Source: a virus
Lineage: Duplodnaviria; Caudoviricetes
Direction: 5' to 3' (one strand)
Virus record (IMG/VR): IMGVR_UViG_3300050011_000072
Coordinates: 1-59,219 of that record
Length of the DNA stretch: 59,219 nt
Shown here: positions 33,308-43,568 of the stretch, in pieces
Layout of the letters: each line of letters begins with the position of its first letter
How positions within the stretch are numbered: position 1 is the stretch's first letter
Notes under the pieces: model-generated
Told to the model about the DNA's origin: nothing
The model's database searches: none
Seen by the model: only the letters and a program-made list of their open reading frames with translations
Translations under genes and position numbers: made by a program

Positions 33308-35482
33308 TCAGTACAGCGAAGCGCCAGGCATGGCAGGGCTAAAGAAGCTCTGATTTGCATCGAATGCACCCAATGTCGAAGTCGGCCCGTTCATGCCATC
33401 GGCTGCGTGCTTGAACATGATCGAGGTCATTTTCTTGCCGTCTACGTTCAGGTTTGCGGTTATGTTTATGTCCTTTTTCGGCGGTGCGGAGAATGTTTGA
33501 CTGCCAGGTGCGGGTGTCGATATCGGCGCTTTTGGAATGGCTAATTGCGGAAAATCAGGCGTCCATTTACCAGTTGACCCACGCCCAACAAAATGCTGTC
33601 CAGCGTGTGGATTGGTTCCGGTAGGATTGGGCGCAGTAGGTGATTTCGCCATATCAGGCATCCAGCTACCACCGCGCCCATACCGCTGAAAATGCATTCC
33701 AGCATGTTCTTGCGACAGCGATTCGTCTTTTTCCCATGAATCGGGTTGCCCATGACGACGAACGCGATGCATGCCAGGGTGATTTAACGGATCGGTATCT
33801 TTATCAAGCGCGCCTATTGCCCACGCCAGCGCCGTAGTGACGCCAGTTAAAATACCGAACCCTGCAGCTATAGTTCCGAGTGTTGCCCCAAGTGCGCCAA
33901 TGCCTGCAACGCCGGTTATCGCGCCAAGTCCGCCGCCTATACCAGTCAATCCTGCTGCAATCGGCGCCATAATGGATATGGCTGGTGCAAATAGCATAAA
34001 TGCCGCCCTGAGAAGCAATAGCGGCCCCGCAACAAGCGCAAGCGCAGTCAATGCGCCCACTGCGGCCATGATTCCCTTAACAGTTTCGGGATTCCCTATA
34101 GCCCACTTTGCGAATGAGTTTAACGCATCGGTCAAACCGGAAATAGCCGGGATAATGATCGGGATAACCGCGATACCAAATGCGGTTTTAAGATTTTCCC
34201 ATTGTTTCCCGAGAGCCATGTATGCGAATTTTGGATCATTCTGCATCGCCCTCGTATAAGCCTCTTGGCTACCCATTGTGTCTTGATGGATAATTTTTTG
34301 TAGGCGGTAAAAATTCTGCGCCTTTAGCGCAAATTCAAGCAAATCTTGTGCGGCCATTTGATTGCCACGGCCAATAGATTGAATTATTTTTGTGATTTGT
34401 TCGTCGTTCGCAACTCCGCCATATAGCTTATTGATTGCCGGCAATAATGAGTCTTGAACTGATCTAAATGGATTTTTACCGTCAAATCCTTTCCATGCAG
34501 GAACCATCGTCGATGTTGTTGTTGTTGCCAATGGCTTTGAATGGATGGTTATTTTACCTCCTACATTTGTTTCATAAAGTTCAGTATCCCTTTCTTTTTT
34601 TGTTTTATGCGCCATGCCAGATGGTATCAAGCCTAATTTTTCTAAGTCAGGAATAGCCAACTTATTTGTATATCCTTGAACGGTAAGTCTATTTAGAGCT
34701 GCCAGGCCAGGACCAACGCCGCGTGATCCACCGCCAGCACCGCCTGTTCCTTGTGCGTATTCAAGCCCGAGCGTCGGTAAAATCTCATATTTGAATTCAT
34801 CGTCCATTGAAAACTTCGCCTGCCGCGCATAAGCAAATATAGATTGATACATAGCAGGAGTCATGCGTCCTTGCGTTGCCGTTATTGCTCGCGACATCTT
34901 TTCTGCCTGCCGTTCAAAATCAGCGCCAGTCGGATCTTTTGCAGCGCCAACGATATCCAATGCCTTCGACATGGTAAATGCGAAATTGTCAGACGCAACT
35001 TTATTAACGCCAGATTCAGACGATGATTGCATGACAGCCTGGATACGACTTATCATCGGCAATTCCTTGATCGCCAACTTCGTATCGCCCAGAACGCTAT
35101 TCATGTCCAGTAGCGTTTTAAGATTACCAGTTGCCGATGTGGTAATCACGTCGCCGGTATTTTTCCATGCCGCCGCAACCATCGCCGCAACGTCGGCCTG
35201 TCGCTCGCCGTGCGAATTGATCGCCATGTTGACGATGTTCAATTGATGCGCGTATTCACCGCCTGCGTGCGCAAGGCTTTTGAACATATCGAGTCCGATA
35301 ACCCCGCCCGCAGTGATCGCACCAGCAAAGCCGATTAACTTCACATTGCGCAATGTCTCTTGCAATGCCTTGGCTTCAACATTCGCTTTGGCAAAATCGC
35401 GGCTTATCAGCCCGAGTGCGGACGATATCTCCGCAGTCCCGGACAATGCGATTGATACGCCAATTCTGTATGCGTCAGCCAC
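33308..35482 (-). CDS. Tape measure protein
   Basis: AYRIGVSIAL start, long helical protein with hydrophobic segments; position after the chaperones. Confidence 0.85.
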   Translation of the reverse strand: MADAYRIGVSIALSGTAEISSALGLISRDFAKANVEAKALQETLRNVKLIGFAGAITAGGVIGLDMFKSLAHAGGEYAHQLNIVNMAINSHGERQADVAAMVAAAWKNTGDVITTSATGNLKTLLDMNSVLGDTKLAIKELPMISRIQAVMQSSSESGVNKVASDNFAFTMSKALDIVGAAKDPTGADFERQAEKMSRAITATQGRMTPAMYQSIFAYARQAKFSMDDEFKYEILPTLGLEYAQGTGGAGGGSRGVGPGLAALNRLTVQGYTNKLAIPDLEKLGLIPSGMAHKTKKERDTELYETNVGGKITIHSKPLATTTTSTMVPAWKGFDGKNPFRSVQDSLLPAINKLYGGVANDEQITKIIQSIGRGNQMAAQDLLEFALKAQNFYRLQKIIHQDTMGSQEAYTRAMQNDPKFAYMALGKQWENLKTAFGIAVIPIIIPAISGLTDALNSFAKWAIGNPETVKGIMAAVGALTALALVAGPLLLLRAAFMLFAPAISIMAPIAAGLTGIGGGLGAITGVAGIGALGATLGTIAAGFGILTGVTTALAWAIGALDKDTDPLNHPGMHRVRRHGQPDSWEKDESLSQEHAGMHFQRYGRGGSWMPDMAKSPTAPNPTGTNPHAGQHFVGRGSTGKWTPDFPQLAIPKAPISTPAPGSQTFSAPPKKDINITANLNVDGKKMTSIMFKHAADGMNGPTSTLGAFDANQSFFSPAMPGASLY

Positions 35483-35491
35483 TATTTCATC

Positions 35492-35953
35492 CTATAAAAT
35501 GTTGATGCCGTCTTTAGTTCCGGCCAGCGCAATAGCAATATCTTCTCCGATTATTTTTACCACTTCGTCAACGCTCTCGAATGCAGCACCGCCAAGGAAC
35601 GAACGAGGCGGGATATTCTTTGTGCCAAGCTCCTGGTATTCGGCAATCGGATTGTCGGACCCGATATGCGCCGTCATGCCATCTACTTTGCGCTCGATGC
35701 TGGCATACAGTTCGCCGGTGACAAGCAATGGCGATTCGCCAACGCCTAGCCGGTTATGCTGTGCTATGGTCGCAGGCTCCAGTTCATTCCACTCCCAGAA
35801 CGGCCCTGCCGCTTCCTGATACTCGCCGAGCTTGTCCTTTGCGGCATCCTGCACCACCTTTGCGGCTTTATCCAAAGCGTGATGGACGGCTAAGTTTTCG
35901 GCAATCTGCAATGCATGCTCTGCGAATGCGCCTAAATCGCCAAAATCAATCAT
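35492..35953 (-). CDS. Virion morphogenesis/HK97 gp10-like neck protein
   Basis: PLLVTGELYASI, IGSD...A.YQELGT..IPPRSFLG. Confidence 0.8.
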   Translation of the reverse strand: MIDFGDLGAFAEHALQIAENLAVHHALDKAAKVVQDAAKDKLGEYQEAAGPFWEWNELEPATIAQHNRLGVGESPLLVTGELYASIERKVDGMTAHIGSDNPIAEYQELGTKNIPPRSFLGGAAFESVDEVVKIIGEDIAIALAGTKDGINIL

Positions 35954-36129
35954 GACGGAGATTCCCAATTCATATTCGACCACGACCATTTTCCGCCATC
36001 GTGTCGGCCGAAAATAATCCCCCACGCCATAACCTTATAATCCTCTAGGCACATGGCAACATCGAACGGAACGCCGTTTTTCACCAGCCATAACCGCTGA
36101 CTTAAATCGGCGTCCTCGACTATTTTTTT
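35950..36129 (-). CDS. -1 frameshift extension of the tail assembly chaperone (G-T type)
   Basis: Slippery A AAA AAA (36129-36123) just before TAG; the -1 frame reads IVEDADLSQRLWLVKNGVPFDVAM...NWESPS and stops at the next ATG. Confidence 0.8.
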   Translation of the reverse strand, partial: KKIVEDADLSQRLWLVKNGVPFDVAMCLEDYKVMAWGIIFGRHDGGKWSWSNMNWESPS

Positions 36130-36488
36130 ATGTCGTCAGTTCCTATGACTTTGTTCGGATTGAAATGCTCGTTAATTCCGACTGCAACCGCATTCATGCC
36201 TTCGTCGCCGAGCCGCTGAATCGCCGCCTTGAGCTGAATGCGATTCGTCGGCTTTTGCACAGGCTCGCCAGCAACGGAAACGACATGAAAAGCAAGTGCG
36301 CCGTATCCCATGGCATGCTCATTGCCGCCACCGATCAATTCCAGCATCTCGAACCGTTCGACAGCGCCAAGACGCTTGATACCGATCTCACGCCCATTTT
36401 CGTCGGTGATGATAACGACCTCGTTTGCCGCCTTAATGATTGCTTGCGAAGCCGTAGGCGCTTCGGTATGTACCTGTACCTTCGCCAT
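36120..36488 (-). CDS. Tail assembly chaperone
   Basis: ITDENGREIGIKRL, AIQRLGDEGM; follows the tube gene. Confidence 0.8.
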   Translation of the reverse strand: MAKVQVHTEAPTASQAIIKAANEVVIITDENGREIGIKRLGAVERFEMLELIGGGNEHAMGYGALAFHVVSVAGEPVQKPTNRIQLKAAIQRLGDEGMNAVAVGINEHFNPNKVIGTDDIKK

Positions 36489-36919
36489 TATTGCACCTTC
36501 AGCCGTTTATTGGCCTTGAGTGAGAATGTCTGTTCGACCTTCTTGTCGCCCGCCCATTCGCCGGCATTGTCGAATTTAAACGCGCCGTCGATTAGCGTGT
36601 ATTCCGACACTGAGCCGTCTGGGTTATTGGTCAATTGGCTGACCGTCGCGCCGGTGATATTGCCGCCGTTGTAATAGTCGGATTCAATCGCCGCAAAGAA
36701 TGCATCAACCGAATCACTCGCTTTGTCGAGTTTGAAATTGGCTTCCCATCCCATCGGAATCTCGGCAAAATAGTTATTGCCGTTCAACCCCTTCGACCGC
36801 AAGCTCGTTACCATTTGCTTGCAGTCGAACGATGTTTGAATGGAAATCGACAGAGGTCCATTCTGCGTGATGATGGTGAGCGTCGTATCGATGCCCGTAT
36901 TGAACTGAAAGACGCTCAT
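36488..36919 (-). CDS. Tail tube protein
   Basis: 143 aa directly after the sheath; beta-rich. Confidence 0.8.
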   Translation of the reverse strand: MSVFQFNTGIDTTLTIITQNGPLSISIQTSFDCKQMVTSLRSKGLNGNNYFAEIPMGWEANFKLDKASDSVDAFFAAIESDYYNGGNITGATVSQLTNNPDGSVSEYTLIDGAFKFDNAGEWAGDKKVEQTFSLKANKRLKVQ

Positions 36920-36930
36920 GATTTATTTCC

Positions 36931-39213
36931 TTATGCTGGGATAGGAGTTGAAGTGATGGACGCAATGCTGACCGTTTGACCGCCTTCGATGTTCGCGACG
37001 ATGTTGGTAACGACGGCCAGGTATTGGAATTGCATGCTGACCGTTTCAACGCCAGGCGCGGTAAGCGTCGGCATTTGCACGGCGAAGGCAGCGATCATGC
37101 CGTCTTGATTCGGCGCCGGAGGGGTAAGCAGCGTTTGCGCAAAATTTGTGCAAGATGCTTTCAACGCCTTGGCCTGCGTTGGCGAGAACAATGTGCCGAC
37201 CCATTTACCCAGCGCCGCATTGAATGTCAATGCCAGAAAATTCGTCATGCGCGTGTAGTTGTCGCCATTCAGTGTTGGATCGGTTGCGCTGTTGCGCCCG
37301 AATTGCGCGCCAAAATACGCGCCGCCTGGGCATGGGTTTGCGATCACGTCAATGCCGACAGAGCCGAGTTGTGCAAGCTGCGCCGGAGAATATGTCTGAT
37401 TCGATGCCGATGTTTGCGTTGCAACAATCCCGGCCATCGGCTTATTCAGTGTCGAATTTTGTGGGCTGAGATTACCTAGCAGTCCGGCAAAAAACGCCTG
37501 TGGGCTGACAAGGCGCTGAATATTGTTGGTAGTGTCAAACCAGTAAATCCAATCGCCGTGACAGACTTTCGCGTCGTAATTGTAAATTCCGGCCGCCTGT
37601 TTCAGTGCAACCGATGCGGCAATGGATGTGCCTGAAGGCTCTACCAGCATCATGTAGCTGCCTTCAGACTGCCCATAGGCAAGTTGCGTAGCCCACTTGG
37701 CCGAATCGTCGGCATCGGCCAGCATGACAACGCTGCACCCTGAATTGCGCAGCGCATACATGCCAGTGCGACTTGTGCCATCAACCCCCAACTCGGTAGC
37801 CGACGTCACGTTCGATGCGCCATCGGTGCCGCCTGAAAGCGAGAATGTCCCGGCCGTCGGCGTAGTTGCCGCGCTGCCTGCACTTGCCACCAGCAAGATC
37901 GACGGCCCGCGAATGCCAGATTGCCCGTTGTTGATCGCATTGGCAATGTTCGTCCATACCGCCGCGCCGGTGCCGCCGATGTTGTCGAATATCTCCGGCG
38001 AATATCCCGGCATTGACGAAATTGCGCGCCACGTTGGAGCCGCAGGCGTTGAATTGCTGCCCGCGGCGATGGTAAGGGTTTGATTGTTGCCGCCGCTGCC
38101 GGTATAGATCGAGGTGCCGGTCAAGCACGTTGAACTAAGCGTCAGGTTGAATGTCGCGCCGATACCCGAGCCGGAAGTGGTCAATTGCGGAACCGCTGCC
38201 GCGCTACCGGATAGGCCTGCCGCGGTAAGCGTTACGCCCAGAATGCCGTAATTCGCATTGGTCGCAGTGAACGATGCGCCCACACCAGTCGCAGATGTTG
38301 TGCTGCCCTGCGTCATGGCGGTGCCGTTGACGGTATAGGAGCCTGCGGTCGTTACCGTAGTGCTGCCGACACCCATTTGAAGCGCAAGCGTCGGAGAGCC
38401 GGATAATCCAGCACCCGTAACCGGCGCCGCAGTCACCAGTGGATTGACCGTGTAACTGCCAGCGAAACTGATATATTGGACGGCGGTCATGATGCCGCCC
38501 GAGATTGTCACAACCGCAGTGAATTTTGCTCCGGTGCCGGTTGTGCCGGTTACGGTTTGCGTGCCATTCGTGCCGCCCGAACCAGCGCCATTCACGGTTG
38601 CCGCCACAACCTGCGTGGTCGCCACGGTCAATACCGCGTTAGTGGATTCCGTGCCGCCCGCCAGCGTGATCGTATCGCCAGGGACATATTCGCCGCCTGT
38701 GCCAGGTGAATTGACTGTCGGCGCCGACACCATTTTGGTAGTCGCTACAGTAATCGCAGTGCCCGAGGTCAAATTGACCGTATCCGCACCGTTGTAGCCC
38801 GTACCCGGCGCCGCGTCTGAAGCCCCCGTTACGGTCGCCAGCACGGTATTTGCTGCAGTGTCAGTACCATCCGTCACGCGCACTGCATCGAACGCCTGCG
38901 CGCCTTGCTGCGTCATGATCTGGATTGCGGTGCCAAGGTCATACTTGCGCGCCATGACCGGCCCGAACATTTGCGAGAATTGACTGCCGCCAAGCGTAAC
39001 CGGCGCATTGACCGGCCCGAACATTTGCGAGAATTGACTGCCGCCAAGCGTAGCCGGCGCATTGACCGGCCCCCACGATGCGGAGCCAACGCATCCGACC
39101 AGATTTGTCGGAACGCCGGCAATGACCGGAATAGACGGGGGAACGATTTGGACCAGCACGCCAGGCACATTCAATGCCGCCGTGTTTGTTGCACCATATT
39201 GAGCGATCGTCAT
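36931..39213 (-). CDS. Tail sheath protein with large T/G/A-rich insertion
   Basis: VPGVLVQIVPP, VGSASWGPVN, VRVTDGTD, LSGGTDG, RTGMYALR, NYTRMTNFL. Confidence 0.9.
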   Translation of the reverse strand: MTIAQYGATNTAALNVPGVLVQIVPPSIPVIAGVPTNLVGCVGSASWGPVNAPATLGGSQFSQMFGPVNAPVTLGGSQFSQMFGPVMARKYDLGTAIQIMTQQGAQAFDAVRVTDGTDTAANTVLATVTGASDAAPGTGYNGADTVNLTSGTAITVATTKMVSAPTVNSPGTGGEYVPGDTITLAGGTESTNAVLTVATTQVVAATVNGAGSGGTNGTQTVTGTTGTGAKFTAVVTISGGIMTAVQYISFAGSYTVNPLVTAAPVTGAGLSGSPTLALQMGVGSTTVTTAGSYTVNGTAMTQGSTTSATGVGASFTATNANYGILGVTLTAAGLSGSAAAVPQLTTSGSGIGATFNLTLSSTCLTGTSIYTGSGGNNQTLTIAAGSNSTPAAPTWRAISSMPGYSPEIFDNIGGTGAAVWTNIANAINNGQSGIRGPSILLVASAGSAATTPTAGTFSLSGGTDGASNVTSATELGVDGTSRTGMYALRNSGCSVVMLADADDSAKWATQLAYGQSEGSYMMLVEPSGTSIAASVALKQAAGIYNYDAKVCHGDWIYWFDTTNNIQRLVSPQAFFAGLLGNLSPQNSTLNKPMAGIVATQTSASNQTYSPAQLAQLGSVGIDVIANPCPGGAYFGAQFGRNSATDPTLNGDNYTRMTNFLALTFNAALGKWVGTLFSPTQAKALKASCTNFAQTLLTPPAPNQDGMIAAFAVQMPTLTAPGVETVSMQFQYLAVVTNIVANIEGGQTVSIASITSTPIPA
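38955..39072. repeat. 54-bp in-frame tandem duplication in the sheath gene
   Basis: PVNAP[A/V]TLGGSQFSQMFG twice, 1 nt difference. Confidence 0.9.
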
Positions 39214-39216
39214 GGC

Positions 39217-39468
39217 TTACTTTCCTTTTTTGAAGTCAGATGCCACGACTGCGGCCTCTATGGGTTGAATTCCCTGCGGCTGTTCGACCGGCTTTATTCC
39301 CTGCGCGATTGGCGCGATCACTTGCACTGCCGGCGCATCCGGCGCGGTGAATTTCACGACGTCGCGCTGATTGTGGCCAGCGAGAATGTCGGCCACTGTT
39401 TTCGGATCGGTGATGGTGGACCCCTTCGGATAATTCCCGAATTCGCGTACTACGGTGAGAGCGATCAT
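39217..39468 (-). CDS. Small pre-sheath virion protein
   Basis: LTVVREFGNYPKGSTITDP. Confidence 0.65.
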   Translation of the reverse strand: MIALTVVREFGNYPKGSTITDPKTVADILAGHNQRDVVKFTAPDAPAVQVIAPIAQGIKPVEQPQGIQPIEAAVVASDFKKGK

Positions 39469-39477
39469 GCTTTTTCC

Positions 39478-40344
39478 TTAAACGGCAATTGTTGCGATAG
39501 TCGTATTCGATGTTGTTTCGGTGAGAACTGCGGTAATGGCGGTAATTTGTTCGGCTGCCTGCGTTTGGCTCGTTGAATACTCGACCGTATAAACGAGGTC
39601 GCGACGGTAAAGTAATTCTGTTTGCGGATTATCCTGCGGCGCCGGGGCTTGTTCGGCCCTTACCCGCGCGCGGGTTCCATCGGGCATCGTGAGCCATATA
39701 TTTGCGGCGATTGCAGGATCAAGTAAAATTCCGAGCGCATCACGCATAGCAGGTATTGAACACCACAAAATGACGCGCAAATAACGGATTTGCCGTTTGA
39801 CCTCGCGCAGCACGCCAGCCACAACCCCGACCGCCGCCGTCAATGACAATGCGCCGACTACGGTAATGACCTGCCCACTGCTCGTTGTGCCTGGGAAACT
39901 CACGGCAATCAATCCGGCCAGTGCCGTTGCAACCGTTGTCAACGTGTCAGCCGATTGCAACGTGTAAGGGAATACCTGATTGCCTGCAACTACCGCGAAA
40001 TTCTGCACGGCATACGGGTTCGGCAATGTGCCGCCCAATGTCACGGTTCCGGCTGTTGCGTCAACCGTCAACGTCACTGCCGAATCGCTATATGGAAGCA
40101 CGTACCACTCGCGATTAAACCGCGTGACGTTGCGCTCCATGTTCATCGGGAAAATCGTCACGTTTGCGATATTCGCCCGCATATCCGAATCAAGCGCCGC
40201 ACGGTTCGGCCAGCCTCGACTTACTCTGCATGCAATGTGAATGCCGCCGACAATCAACGCTGATGGATTGCCGGTGCCGGATGGGTATAGGACTTGCGAT
40301 ACTTCATTGACGATGCTTTGCTCTACGTCGCTCAGATCGGCCAT
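39478..40344 (-). CDS. Tail completion/terminator-like protein
   Basis: MADLSDVE, LYPSGT, RGWP...LDSD, LYRRDL.Y.VEY. Confidence 0.7.
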   Translation of the reverse strand: MADLSDVEQSIVNEVSQVLYPSGTGNPSALIVGGIHIACRVSRGWPNRAALDSDMRANIANVTIFPMNMERNVTRFNREWYVLPYSDSAVTLTVDATAGTVTLGGTLPNPYAVQNFAVVAGNQVFPYTLQSADTLTTVATALAGLIAVSFPGTTSSGQVITVVGALSLTAAVGVVAGVLREVKRQIRYLRVILWCSIPAMRDALGILLDPAIAANIWLTMPDGTRARVRAEQAPAPQDNPQTELLYRRDLVYTVEYSTSQTQAAEQITAITAVLTETTSNTTIATIAV

Positions 40345-40353
40345 CTTAAATCC

Positions 40354-41001
40354 CTACGTGAGCATTTGTTGAGCAACAATTCGCCATCCAAGCGGCGATA
40401 ATTCAGCACTCGAAATCACGAATCTGCGCCCTTGATCGTCGGTGATGATATACGCCGTTTCAATTTCAATCCCCCCGAATGACGGCATGAGAATTTGCCA
40501 CCACGGATTAGGCACATCGCCCGGTAAATTTACGTCGCCAATGCTGCGCTTGCTATGCGAGAGAACCGATGCAGGCCAGCCAGTCATCAATGGCGTGGTA
40601 TTCGTCTGTGTTGTTCCTTGATACGGTTGCGCGCCTACACCAGCCGGTGCGGTCGCCATCGCAATGTTGACCGTCGCGTTGCACCATACCGCCATAATCG
40701 GCAATAGCGCCTGTTGCGCGCCAATGAAAAATGTGCCTTCAGGACCGACCAGATAATCGAATACCTGCGTTACCCGGCCATCGAACCATCCGCGCCATAA
40801 TGGCTTGCCATGCGCTTGAAATTTCGTAACCTTGTCGTCAACCCGAAAGTGCGCGTCAATCGTCGCAATCTTGTTCGATGGGTCAAGCGGTATCGGCGTG
40901 ATCGCGGCTGTTGGCCTATATTGATCGTATGGCAGGCCGATTTTTGACGCAGCAATGCCGAACCCACGATAAATGAGTTCTTGCGCGCGCTCACCGTTCA
41001 T
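40354..41001 (-). CDS. Head closure/neck protein
   Basis: G...AA.KIG.PY.QYRP, QQALLPI.AV.CN, GWPASVL, ISSAELS.LGWR. Confidence 0.7.
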   Translation of the reverse strand: MNGERAQELIYRGFGIAASKIGLPYDQYRPTAAITPIPLDPSNKIATIDAHFRVDDKVTKFQAHGKPLWRGWFDGRVTQVFDYLVGPEGTFFIGAQQALLPIMAVWCNATVNIAMATAPAGVGAQPYQGTTQTNTTPLMTGWPASVLSHSKRSIGDVNLPGDVPNPWWQILMPSFGGIEIETAYIITDDQGRRFVISSAELSPLGWRIVAQQMLT

Positions 41002-41208
41002 TTAAATCTTTGGCATCTTTGCCGTAAAAACTTCGGTGCTCACGTACTTCGCCTTCGGACCGGCTCCGGTCATGCCGGATTTTGTCACGACGAATCCGTT
41101 CTCGATTTGACGAATGCGGATATCCATATCTTTCGATGGCATCGGTAGTTTTGGCGTCGCTTTTGGCGCAGGCTTAGATGCTGCTCTCACTGGTGCTTTA
41201 GTTGCCAT
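41002..41208 (-). CDS. Small basic protein
   Basis: K/P/A-rich N-terminus, IRIRQIENGFVV; AGGAG RBS. Confidence 0.65.
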   Translation of the reverse strand: MATKAPVRAASKPAPKATPKLPMPSKDMDIRIRQIENGFVVTKSGMTGAGPKAKYVSTEVFTAKMPKI

Positions 41209-41216
41209 TTCAACTC

Positions 41217-42044
41217 CTACAAAAATTGCATTGCGCCGCTGCGTTTCGGATTCGCCTTGCGGTCAGGATTGATCATCGTTCCGAGAAAATCGGCCATTTG
41301 CGCCCGGTACGTCTGGTACAACGACATACGTTGCGCCTGTTCGTTCATGCGCGCCTTCCACGGCCCTGCTTCCTTGGTATCCATGTTTTGAGCGGAACCT
41401 AAATACCCACCTTCAAGCGCGTCAAGCAAGGGCAGGTATCCATAAACCGGCGTAGCGCCGATGGCGTCCGATACCGTCGCGAATGGCGGCAATAAAATAC
41501 CGTTGGCCGTGATTTGCGGATAGGTCGCGCCAGATCCGGTTGCCGTCAGCGTAAATGCCTTCGGGCCAGAAAACGATATTTCAGGGAATGGCACGCTGTT
41601 CTGTGAATACGCACCAGTGCCATACGGTGACAAGCAAACAATCTGCGCCGTCTGCAATGCCGGATTACTGCCGCCCGCTGCCGCCAGCAGATTGACAACG
41701 GTTATCCGCCCATCTTGCCCTGGCACTTGCGGGCCAGCGGTGATAGATAGCGTTTGTGGCGACAATAACCCGCCACCGCTGATAACCACCTCCACCGTAT
41801 CAGCCGGGGTCGGCTGCGGCCCGCTGAATGCGATTGCGCCGTATGCATTGCCGGTCAATCGCGCCTCTTCGTCTGGATTCAGATTGTTCATCTTGTATTC
41901 CAGAAAACCGTAGGCTTGTAGCCAACGATAGCCGATTGAACCGGATGCCAACGTCCCGCCCGCCTGCCCGGTGCGCGCTAGTCCGGCGACGGGGTAACCC
42001 AGATGGCGCCGGATTGACGATTTTTGCGCTATCGTAATTGCCAT
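41217..42044 (-). CDS. Head-tail adaptor with inserted beta domain
   Basis: QKSSIRRHLGYP, YGFLEYKMNNL..DEE; C-terminal NMDT.EAG.W...ADFLG; central insertion. Confidence 0.7.
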   Translation of the reverse strand: MAITIAQKSSIRRHLGYPVAGLARTGQAGGTLASGSIGYRWLQAYGFLEYKMNNLNPDEEARLTGNAYGAIAFSGPQPTPADTVEVVISGGGLLSPQTLSITAGPQVPGQDGRITVVNLLAAAGGSNPALQTAQIVCLSPYGTGAYSQNSVPFPEISFSGPKAFTLTATGSGATYPQITANGILLPPFATVSDAIGATPVYGYLPLLDALEGGYLGSAQNMDTKEAGPWKARMNEQAQRMSLYQTYRAQMADFLGTMINPDRKANPKRSGAMQFL

Positions 42045-42047
42045 GAT

Positions 42048-42326
42048 TTAGACCGTAAAAACGTGCTTGCAATCAGGGCAGGTAATCAGCGCCGCCATAT
42101 CCTCGACTTCAACGATAGGCGCGCGGCCATCGAGCAATCGTTGAATGACGGTTTTGTCGATGATGATCTTGCCCTGCTTGAATGTCATCGTGATCGGCGA
42201 TGAAACAGTAAATGCCTTCGTCACCATGTAGGCGCGTTCGACCCCCACCGCTTCGACTTCAGCCGCTTTCGGCAAATGCATCACGGGCGGTCGGCCAGGC
42301 CCGCGCTTCTCTTGATGATTGCTCAT
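42048..42326 (-). CDS. Hypothetical protein with AT-hook-like motif
   Basis: KRGPGRPP; C-terminal CPDC. Confidence 0.6.
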   Translation of the reverse strand: MSNHQEKRGPGRPPVMHLPKAAEVEAVGVERAYMVTKAFTVSSPITMTFKQGKIIIDKTVIQRLLDGRAPIVEVEDMAALITCPDCKHVFTV

Positions 42327-43558
42327 ACGACGTTGATCCCTTGCGCCACCAGCGCACTCAATAGCGTGTAATCCAGAATGCGCGGGCGTCCATACCAGAG
42401 TTGAATGATCGAGCCGCCGAAGGTCAATTCCGCATTTGCGCCAGGGATAACCGGGCCTGTGCCGCCGGCAAATTTGCCGCTGTTGCCGAGCGTGACAGTT
42501 TCACTTGCCGCCGTGCTCAACGTCATGACTTCGGTCGCTGCAGTCGATAGCGTGATCGTTTCATTGCCGGTGCCGGTAACTGCTTCGCTGAACGTGATCG
42601 AGCCGATAGCTGCCGGCCATGCGATGGAAACAACGTCAGGCGTGCCATTCGTTGCCGATATCCCGGCATTGACCAGCAATTCGTCGGCATTGATCAGATT
42701 GAACAACCCGGTTGCGATTGTTGCCGCTGTATCGAGTGCGCCAGCCGTGTATGTGACAGTTTGCGCGCCACCTGCGATGTTGGCATTGGTGATCGTAATC
42801 GCCGCTGTATCGCCTGCGATCACTGACGATGCCGCCACGGTTGCCAATGTCGGATTGACGATGTTCGGGAATACGCTCAATACAATTGGCTCTTCAGCCG
42901 CGGGGATCGCCACAACAACGGTAGAGGTGCCAGTCGCCGTGATGCTTGCCGCTGCCAACACGGTATTCGCATTGATCGCGTTTTTCAACGATGTTGCTTG
43001 CTGCGTTGCGGTATTGCCAGCAGTCGATGCCGCCGATACCAAAATCGGAGTAACGAACGTGCCGCCAGTGAATAGAACATTGAGCGTATCGCCCGTTACC
43101 GGAGTTCCCGACATGGTAATGACGGCCGAGCTTTCGGTCGGTGTAGTCAATACGGCCAGATTGCCAACAGGACCAGGCCAATTGAACGTGACCACGTTCG
43201 ACGTCGCAGGCGTGGTGCCGGTGGTCGCATACAAGCCGACCGCTTGCGCTTCAGCGTTACCATTGACCAGCGATGCGAATTCCTCCGCAACGGTTGCCGT
43301 AGTGTCAGACGTTTGGACGATATAAACCAAGTCCAGCACGCCATTCGGCAATATGCCGCACGAAATGACCATCGGGATAATATCGCCGTTGGTGATGGTG
43401 CCACCGATAGTTGCGGTGACGGTCGCCACGGCGCGCGGATTAGCTGAAATGAACTGCGCCGCCGTCAGCAGAGTGGTGATCCCAGGCGCTACCTGTGACG
43501 GCGTATCGAAGTTCGGTAGTAGTGTGGGCGAGCCACTTTGCAATGGTACGGAGGGCAT
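42323..43558 (-). CDS. Virion decoration protein with three repeated beta modules
   Basis: Three GD...T-A-T-(V/Q/I)-A...(V/I)N modules; T/A/G-rich. Confidence 0.65.
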   Translation of the reverse strand: MPSVPLQSGSPTLLPNFDTPSQVAPGITTLLTAAQFISANPRAVATVTATIGGTITNGDIIPMVISCGILPNGVLDLVYIVQTSDTTATVAEEFASLVNGNAEAQAVGLYATTGTTPATSNVVTFNWPGPVGNLAVLTTPTESSAVITMSGTPVTGDTLNVLFTGGTFVTPILVSAASTAGNTATQQATSLKNAINANTVLAAASITATGTSTVVVAIPAAEEPIVLSVFPNIVNPTLATVAASSVIAGDTAAITITNANIAGGAQTVTYTAGALDTAATIATGLFNLINADELLVNAGISATNGTPDVVSIAWPAAIGSITFSEAVTGTGNETITLSTAATEVMTLSTAASETVTLGNSGKFAGGTGPVIPGANAELTFGGSIIQLWYGRPRILDYTLLSALVAQGINVV

Positions 43559-43568
43559 GTTCTATCCT

